Of a DNA stretch of 64,000 bases, positions 57,786 to 64,000 are shown piece by piece. Position 1 is the first letter of the stretch. The number at the start of each line of letters is the position of its first letter. The stretch covers positions 10,083-74,082 of the forward strand of contig JAFSCR010000030.1 of NCBI GenBank assembly GCA_017436645.1. Reading direction: 5' to 3'. The position numbers and the translations under genes were made by a program. The stretch is from Clostridia bacterium (GTDB lineage: Bacteria; Bacillota; Clostridia; UMGS1883; UMGS1540). A model generated the notes under the pieces. That model had not been told where the DNA came from. It ran no database searches and was given only the letters and a program-made list of their open reading frames with translations.

Positions 57786-58121
57786 ATGGCTACGGATAAA
57801 AAAGCGTTTGGCAATTTCCTTCGGGAAATGATAAGTCAGACAAAAATATCGCAGGCAGCTTTTTATGAAGCTGTGGGGATTACAAAGCCATATTTTTATG
57901 ACATATTATCCGGCAAAGTCAATCCACCACCACCGGATATACAGTATAAAATGCTTGAAAAATTAACTGTTAATGAAAAACAGCGAAAGCAGTTTTTGAA
58001 CTTGGCTGCTGAGGGACGCAGCGAAATCCCTGCAGACATTGCAAAATTGATTACGGATAATCCGCGGCAGCTTGAAAAAATACGAACAACACTTACAGAA
58101 CTGCTTGTAAAGCAGAGATAG
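57786..58121 (+). CDS. XRE-family HTH regulator (R-M controller C-protein-like)
   Basis: The 111-aa product has an HTH (ISQAAFYEAVGITKPYFYDILSGK). It is the first gene of the R-M cassette and lies immediately downstream of a palindromic operator. Confidence 0.75.
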   Translation: MATDKKAFGNFLREMISQTKISQAAFYEAVGITKPYFYDILSGKVNPPPPDIQYKMLEKLTVNEKQRKQFLNLAAEGRSEIPADIAKLITDNPRQLEKIRTTLTELLVKQR

Positions 58122-58131
58122 GAGGATAGAT

Positions 58132-60234
58132 ATGGCGGCATTACAAGAGCTTATTGCAAAAATAGAAAACCCGGAGCTTCGTGCGCAGATACAGGAAGCA
58201 GCTGACAAGGCATTAAAGCGCAAACAGTTCGGACTTGTATTCGAGGAACACCTGCCAGAATGTACTCCTCTTCACGACGTCCCCGTAAGAAAAGGAAAGC
58301 GTGTATCTCTGAAGACAGGCAAGGTAAGCGAAACTTATAAAGTATTGGAAATTCAAGGAGACAAAGCAATCTGTTTACCAAAGGACAGCAATGAGGCTGT
58401 TGAATTTTCGATAGATGACCTTGTTGTAACGGCAGAATTTGGTGAACCAATCTACCCCTGCTTGAAGCCTCTTGGCGAAGTGTGCAACGCGCCGGACAGC
58501 GAACTTTGGCATACTCTTATTGAGGCAGATAATTATCATGCGCTCCAGCTTCTTGAATATCTTTATGGCGGCAAGGTGGATTGCATTTATATCGACCCTC
58601 CCTATAATACAGGAGCAAAAGACTGGAAATACAATAATGATTACGTAGACGGAACCGATGAATATAGGCACAGCAAGTGGTTATCATTTATAAAAAAGCG
58701 TCTTGAAATTGCAAAACGCCTATTAAACCCAGAAAGTTCAGTGTTATTTATTACAATTGATGACAAAGAATATTTGCATTTGGGTTGCTTATTGGAAGAT
58801 ATGTTTCCAGAAGCAAGAATTCAAATGATAAGCGATGTAATTAATCCAAAAGGGACTATGCAAAGAAAAAAGTTTCCAAGAACAGACGAATACATTTTCT
58901 GTGTATGGCTTGGAGAAGCAGAACCAACCGAATTAACCCTTTCGAAGGATTGGTTAATTGGTGATGCTGATAATACTAATCGCAACAGGTATAGATGGGT
59001 TACATTCATAAGAACGGCCCCAAATGTTAGCAGAAGCAAAACTCCTTCTATGTTTTATCCAATATTTGTAAACAAGGAAGGAACAAAAATTATTAGAGTA
59101 GGTGAATCATTAGGCAAGGAAGTTGATTATCAAACGATAAAACCGCAAGAAGGAGAATGTGTTCTATTTCCGATTAACTCTCAAGGGCGTGAGGTAATTT
59201 GGCATTTGACACAAACCTCCTTAATGGAAGCATATTCAAAAGGATTCGTGAAATTGAGCGGAATTACAAAAAACGGAGTTAGTATTTCATATTTGCCTTC
59301 TGGAATGCAAAAAAAGATTTCAGATGGTGATATACCAATCTTAGGGTATGATGAAAATGGCGCTGTTATTTTTGATGCATCTGATTATGCTCCGCAATTT
59401 ATGCCTGGTACACAGTGGAGAATAAAAACACATGATGCAACAGAACACGGAACGAAATTATTACAGAAATTAATAGGCAACAGATTTTCTTATCCCAAAT
59501 CCTTGTATTCAACCAAAGATTGTATTAACTTTTTTCTGTGTAATAAGCCTAATGCGTTGATTGTGGATTTTTTTGCTGGCTCAGGAACAACTCTCCATGC
59601 AATCAACCTCCTAAATGCAGAGGACGGAGGCAACCGACGTTGTATAATGGTAACAAACAATGAGGTTTCAGGAGACGAAGCGAAGACATTAACAGCAAAA
59701 GGACTTAAGCCAGGGGATAAAGAATGGAATAACCTCGGTATAGCTCGCTATGTCACATGGCCTCGCACAGTATGTTCTATAGAAGGACATGACGTAAACG
59801 GTAATCCGTTAAAGGGGAATTACATAGGAAGTGATATTCCTATGGCAGACGGATTCAAAGCGAACGCCGCTTTCTTCAAATTAGGTTTCCTTGATAAAAC
59901 AAAGGTTTCACTCGGTATGCAGTTCAAAGAACTTCTATCAACCTTGTGGATGAAGGCAGGAGCAATCGGCAGATGTCCTGTCGTTGATGCAACTGTGCCG
60001 GATATGCTGATTCTGCCGGAAAATAAGATGGCAATTCTCAATGATGAAAATCAATTTGGTGTATTTGCAGAAAAACTCGCAGAGCACCCGGAAATTGACG
60101 TTGTATATCTTGTTACAGATTACGAAGGAAGCTTTGTGGCAATGACGCGTGAGCTCCCAGGAAAAACTACATATCAGCTTTATAGAGACTATCTTGATAA
60201 CTTTAGAATTAATGCAGGGAGGAACAGCAGATGA
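58132..60234 (+). CDS. mod: Type III restriction-modification system methyltransferase (Mod, N6-adenine, beta class)
   Basis: Motif IV IYIDPPYNTG precedes motif I DFFAGSGTT, with a variable target-recognition region between them. The N-terminus LLEYLYGGKVD is typical of EcoP15I-like Mod. Confidence 0.88.
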   Translation: MAALQELIAKIENPELRAQIQEAADKALKRKQFGLVFEEHLPECTPLHDVPVRKGKRVSLKTGKVSETYKVLEIQGDKAICLPKDSNEAVEFSIDDLVVTAEFGEPIYPCLKPLGEVCNAPDSELWHTLIEADNYHALQLLEYLYGGKVDCIYIDPPYNTGAKDWKYNNDYVDGTDEYRHSKWLSFIKKRLEIAKRLLNPESSVLFITIDDKEYLHLGCLLEDMFPEARIQMISDVINPKGTMQRKKFPRTDEYIFCVWLGEAEPTELTLSKDWLIGDADNTNRNRYRWVTFIRTAPNVSRSKTPSMFYPIFVNKEGTKIIRVGESLGKEVDYQTIKPQEGECVLFPINSQGREVIWHLTQTSLMEAYSKGFVKLSGITKNGVSISYLPSGMQKKISDGDIPILGYDENGAVIFDASDYAPQFMPGTQWRIKTHDATEHGTKLLQKLIGNRFSYPKSLYSTKDCINFFLCNKPNALIVDFFAGSGTTLHAINLLNAEDGGNRRCIMVTNNEVSGDEAKTLTAKGLKPGDKEWNNLGIARYVTWPRTVCSIEGHDVNGNPLKGNYIGSDIPMADGFKANAAFFKLGFLDKTKVSLGMQFKELLSTLWMKAGAIGRCPVVDATVPDMLILPENKMAILNDENQFGVFAEKLAEHPEIDVVYLVTDYEGSFVAMTRELPGKTTYQLYRDYLDNFRINAGRNSR

Positions 60235-63068
60235 AAATAAATTTAATATCGTTTCAGGACAAGGCTGTTAAAGACCTGCGTAAGAAAATGGCGGTCGCTC
60301 AGAGCAGCTATAAAATAGAAAAAAGCACGCAGGTTGTTTCGCTTCAGGCACCTACAGGTGCAGGCAAAACAATTATTGCAGCAGCGGTTATTGAGGATAT
60401 TTATTTTGGCTCGACACTTGCGGATGGAACTACATTCGACGAACAGCCGGAAGCAATTTTCGTGTGGCTTTCTGACTCGCCGGAGCTCAACACGCAATCA
60501 CGTCAAAAGATTGAGCTTAAAACGAGCAAACTGAAGTATGGTCAGTGCGTGACAATCGAAGACGATTCCTTTGATATGGAAATGCTTGAGGACGGACATG
60601 TTTATTTTCTGAATACACAGACAATAAGTAGAAGCGGCCGACTCACTCAACATTCGGATAATAGACAGTATACAATATGGGAAACTCTTGATAACACCAT
60701 ACAGAACAAATCCGACAGACTGTATTTTATTATCGATGAAGCGCACCGTGGTGCAAAAAGCAAACGCGAAGCAGGCACCGATACCACAATAATGCAGCGC
60801 TTTATCAAAGGGTATGAATATACAGAAAATAATATCAAAAGAAAAATGCGTTCAATGCCTGTCGTTCTTGGCATAAGTGCGACAGCAGAACGTTTTAACA
60901 CTTTGATTAAGAACACCGGCGATGTTGTGCTAAGACAATATGTTGTTACAGCTGATGAAGTCAGAAGCTCCGGCCTTTTAAAAGACAGAATTGTTATCAC
61001 CTATCCGGAAGACCCGACCAAAAACAATGATATGGTGCTTCTGGAAGCAGCCGTGGAAGAATGGCTGAAAAAGTGTAAACGATGGTATCAGTATACTTAC
61101 GAACAGCATTATGCAAACGTTGACCCCGTTCTTGTGGTGCAGGTTTGCAAAGGAAGTGGCGGTGCTGTTTCTGATACCAACCTTGAAGATGTGCTTGCAA
61201 AGATTGAAGAAAAAGCGGGCATTCATTTCAAGGCTGGAGAAGTTGTACATTGCTTCGGAGAAGGAACAACACTTGAATTATGCGGACTTAGTATTCCTCA
61301 TGTGAAAGCATCTGAAATAGTTGATGATCATAAAATCAAGGTGGTTTTCTTCAAGGAAGCATTGTCTACAGGTTGGGACTGTCCGAGAGCAGAAACAATG
61401 ATGTCCTTTGCGGTAAGAAACGACCCGACTTACATTGCACAGCTACTTGGCAGAATGGTGAGAACACCACTTCAAATGCGCGTGCAGCGTGATGAATTCT
61501 TAAACGATGTAAAGCTTTATCTTCCCCATTTTGACAAGGATAACGTTAAAAAGGTTGTAGAGGAACTTCAGAGTAATGAAGGCGGTGACATTCCCACAGA
61601 GATTAACGGTGAATCTTTGGAGGAACCGACTTACATTACATGGACGGTACACACACCTCGTAGAAATCGTCAAAACGAGCAAAACCCGGATCAAATATCA
61701 TTATTTTATGACCAGCTGGCAGAGCAGAATGATAATACTGTTCCATATAATCTCCCGACAGTCGCGAACAATCCTACAAGAGTGTTAAATTCCGGAGACA
61801 ATGTGCCGGAATACATACCACCACAGACGGTTACTGTTCCGGCATCTCCTGTAGCACAGCAACAGACTCCTTTTGAACCGACACCGGCAGGAAAACAGCT
61901 TGAGTTTACTGTAGACATAGACCGAGTTGAAATAATAAACTTTATAAATTCAAAGGGGTATTTGACATATCTTGTAAGACAAGATCGCATAAATGATTAT
62001 TTAAAATCATTGCTCGACCTTGCAACATTGCTGACAATTAATGTCATTTATCAGGGAGCACGTGATGAAGTTATTGACGATATAATAGCTCTCATTCGTG
62101 AATATATTGAAGAATTGCATCACACAGGCAGATACAAAGAACTTGCTGAGCATATTTTGCAGCACAAGTTGTCAGTACAAATATTTGACCCGTTCGGAAA
62201 AGATGTTACAGAAAACTATACCAATGACTTTACTTTGATGTCAGAAACTGACCTTGACAGGCAGTTAAGAAATGCAGATGCCAAAATGGGCAGATATGGT
62301 TTTCCCAATATTTACGGCGGCAGATATTACGATGAAGACAATCCAAATGCTCACAAAATTGATTGTATTCTTTTTGCCGAGGATGAAGCATGCCGAACAA
62401 AGCTGGGTGAGTATGCAAAGGAAAAATTATACGAATTCGTTGCTAAGTTCAGACTCGCAATCGTTAATAAATCCGATGCGTGCAAAAAGAAATATCACGA
62501 CATTCTTGCAGATAGTGATATTGTCAGCGAACAGATTTTTGCTATTCCCGAAAACATCAGTGTAAGAGAAGACCCCGAAGGCAAAGAGTATGAAAACCAT
62601 TTGCTTGCATCTGAAACAACAGGCATTGCAAGAATCAAGTTAAACGGCTGGGAAGCAGACCTTATCGAAGAAGAATCCCGCAGAAATGACTTTGTTTGCT
62701 GGCTCAGAAATCCTGCACGTGCTTCATGGGCACTGTGTTTACCTTACGAAATAGGCGGAGAAAAGAAATCCTTCTATCCGGATTTTCTGATTGTACGCAG
62801 CGATAATGAGCTTGATTATGTCGTTGATATTCTTGAACCTCATGGAAATCAGTATAGCGACAATCTTCCAAAAGCAAAAGCCCTTGCGGAATATGCAAAA
62901 AAGGAAGACCGTATTGGAAGAATACAGCTTATCCATAAGAGCAGCGATGCTGCTGGCGTCAGCCATTTCAGACGTTTGGATTTAACAAACCTTACAGTCC
63001 GTGACAAAGTTCTTCAGGCAATGAATAATGACGAGCTTGATCATATTTTTGATACAGACGGAATATAA
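60231..63068 (+). CDS. res: Type III restriction enzyme Res subunit (SF2 helicase plus C-terminal nuclease)
   Basis: Walker A LQAPTGAGKT, DEAH box IIDEAHRG and motif VI QLLGRMVRTP are present. The C-terminal region has a PD-(D/E)xK-like motif (YPDF...DILEP). It overlaps mod by 4 nt (ATGA). Confidence 0.85.
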   Translation: MKINLISFQDKAVKDLRKKMAVAQSSYKIEKSTQVVSLQAPTGAGKTIIAAAVIEDIYFGSTLADGTTFDEQPEAIFVWLSDSPELNTQSRQKIELKTSKLKYGQCVTIEDDSFDMEMLEDGHVYFLNTQTISRSGRLTQHSDNRQYTIWETLDNTIQNKSDRLYFIIDEAHRGAKSKREAGTDTTIMQRFIKGYEYTENNIKRKMRSMPVVLGISATAERFNTLIKNTGDVVLRQYVVTADEVRSSGLLKDRIVITYPEDPTKNNDMVLLEAAVEEWLKKCKRWYQYTYEQHYANVDPVLVVQVCKGSGGAVSDTNLEDVLAKIEEKAGIHFKAGEVVHCFGEGTTLELCGLSIPHVKASEIVDDHKIKVVFFKEALSTGWDCPRAETMMSFAVRNDPTYIAQLLGRMVRTPLQMRVQRDEFLNDVKLYLPHFDKDNVKKVVEELQSNEGGDIPTEINGESLEEPTYITWTVHTPRRNRQNEQNPDQISLFYDQLAEQNDNTVPYNLPTVANNPTRVLNSGDNVPEYIPPQTVTVPASPVAQQQTPFEPTPAGKQLEFTVDIDRVEIINFINSKGYLTYLVRQDRINDYLKSLLDLATLLTINVIYQGARDEVIDDIIALIREYIEELHHTGRYKELAEHILQHKLSVQIFDPFGKDVTENYTNDFTLMSETDLDRQLRNADAKMGRYGFPNIYGGRYYDEDNPNAHKIDCILFAEDEACRTKLGEYAKEKLYEFVAKFRLAIVNKSDACKKKYHDILADSDIVSEQIFAIPENISVREDPEGKEYENHLLASETTGIARIKLNGWEADLIEEESRRNDFVCWLRNPARASWALCLPYEIGGEKKSFYPDFLIVRSDNELDYVVDILEPHGNQYSDNLPKAKALAEYAKKEDRIGRIQLIHKSSDAAGVSHFRRLDLTNLTVRDKVLQAMNNDELDHIFDTDGI

Positions 63069-63239
63069 AACAAAATGCCGGCAGGGAAATAAACCCCTGC
63101 CGGTTTTGATATTCACAAATAAAAGGACTACGGAAATCCCGTAGTCCTTAAACATTTAGGAACCTTTTTTAATTTTTACACACATTAGTGCACCTTTTTG
63201 GTGTAGTAACACCCTAAAAGCCTTGATTTACACTATTAC

Positions 63240-64000
63240 TCATCCAAGCGTCTTCATGGTGGGGAAGAGGAGCACGTCACGAATGGCGGAGGAATCGGTA
63301 AGGAGCATGCACATTCTGTCAATACCGAAGCCGATACCGCCTGTGGGGGGCATGCCGATTTCGAGGGCGGTCATAAAGTCCTCGTCTGTGGTGTTGGCTT
63401 CTTCGTCACCTTGGGCAAGGAGTGCTTCCTGTGCTTTGAAGCGTTCACGCTGGTCGATGGGGTCATTCAGCTCGGAATAAGCGTTTGCCATTTCCCAGCC
63501 GTTCATGAAGAACTCAAAGCGTTCCACATAGTCGGGGTTACCCGGCTTTTTCTTCGTAAGAGGAGAAATTTCAACCGGATGGTCCATAACAAAGGTGGGC
63601 TGAATGAGATGTTCTTCAACGAATTCTTCAAAGAAGAGGTTTAAGATGTCGCCTTTTCCGTGGCGTTCTTCGTATTCCACATGGTGTTCCTTTGCTACCT
63701 TGCGGGCGTCTTCCAGCGTTTTAATTTCATTAAAGTCTACGCCGGAATATTTCTTTACGGCATCCAGCATGGTGATTCTTTCAAAAGGCTTGCCAAGGTC
63801 CATTTCAATGCCGTTATATACGATTTTGGTGGTGCCGAGTACTTCCTGTGCCACGTGGCGGTAGAGGTTTTCGGTAAGGTCCATCATGCCGTGGTAATCG
63901 GTGTATGCCTGATAGAGTTCCATTAAGGTAAACTCGGGATTATGACGAGTGTCAACCCCTTCGTTACGGAATACTCTGCCGATTTCATACACACGGTCTA
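63240..64000 (-). CDS. lysS: lysyl-tRNA synthetase, class II (C-terminal part; the gene continues beyond the right edge of the window)
   Basis: Class II motif 2/3 region (FRNEG...; [27 protein letters not shown]) is present. The frame is open to position 64000. Confidence 0.92.
   Translation of the reverse strand, partial: DRVYEIGRVFRNEGVDTRHNPEFTLMELYQAYTDYHGMMDLTENLYRHVAQEVLGTTKIVYNGIEMDLGKPFERITMLDAVKKYSGVDFNEIKTLEDARKVAKEHHVEYEERHGKGDILNLFFEEFVEEHLIQPTFVMDHPVEISPLTKKKPGNPDYVERFEFFMNGWEMANAYSELNDPIDQRERFKAQEALLAQGDEEANTTDEDFMTALEIGMPPTGGIGFGIDRMCMLLTDSSAIRDVLLFPTMKTLG
63247..63265. repeat. attR-like 19-bp direct repeat within the 3' end of intact lysS
   Basis: AGCGTCTTCATGGTGGGGA is identical to 57519-57537. 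Confidence 0.7.

Larger units (their letters stand above)
57538..63246. mobile_element. integrated genomic island of about 5.7 kb in the 3' end of lysS, carrying a C-protein-like regulator plus Type III R-M (mod, res); no integrase is present
   Basis: The island is bounded by perfect 19-bp direct repeats and has markedly lower GC than its flanks. It reconstitutes the lysS C-terminus (PTMKTLG*) and leaves a displaced original end (PTMKTLS*) plus terminator on the far side. Confidence 0.6.

Noticed and set aside
1-64000. CRISPR arrays, tRNA or rRNA genes, IS elements and transposases
   Set aside because: No spaced short direct-repeat arrays, no tRNA-like T-arm or anticodon structures, and no transposase or integrase ORFs were seen anywhere in the window. 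The only mobile-element signature is the repeat-flanked lysS island.

Overview
This 64-kb window is a chromosomal segment of a roughly 50% GC Firmicutes genome of Clostridia type (Ruminococcaceae/Oscillospiraceae-like codon usage). It carries sporulation genes (spoIIIAB-AH and a sigG-like fragment). Left to right the window holds: a partial creatininase-family gene; pyruvate:ferredoxin oxidoreductase; an HtrA protease plus two-component system module (CssRS-like); an N-terminally truncated sigG-like sigma factor; mutS2; and an eight-gene aromatic amino acid supraoperon on the minus strand (DAHP synthase, tyrA, aroB, aroA, aroC, pheA, aroE-aroK fusion, aroQ). That supraoperon is preceded by what looks like a Tyr/Phe-rich leader-peptide transcription attenuator. 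The window continues with a secreted PrsA-like PPIase; the spoIIIA operon AB through AH, with spoIIIAA absent; a zinc-ribbon membrane protein plus ABC transporter module; a small 59-aa ORF next to a secreted Listeria-Bacteroides-repeat protein; and a 600-bp gene-free structured region that may be an ncRNA. After that come cysK; a GH73/SH3b/SLH cell-wall hydrolase; mrp/apbC; a TepA/ClpP-like protein; rpsT; a pyrimidine biosynthesis operon (pyrC, carB, pyrK, pyrD, pyrF, pyrE, and pyrB fused to the PyrI zinc domain); a capsule/EPS regulatory cluster (capD-like, cpsB, cpsD, cpsC); and a Na+-pumping oxaloacetate decarboxylase operon. At the right end a low-GC island of about 5.7 kb is integrated into the 3' end of lysS. 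It is bounded by 19-bp direct repeats and carries a C-protein-like HTH regulator with a palindromic operator, a Type III mod methyltransferase and a res helicase-nuclease, but no integrase. The most notable observations are: (i) a ribosome-mediated attenuator with a YEYFFYFYF leader peptide in front of the aro operon, which is unusual for Firmicutes; (ii) the lysS-targeting R-M island; (iii) a +1 frameshift in aroC inside an A6 homopolymer; (iv) a sigG reduced to regions 2.4-4 with its own consensus sigmaA-type promoter, together with a spoIIIA operon lacking spoIIIAA; and (v) an unassigned structured RNA candidate.
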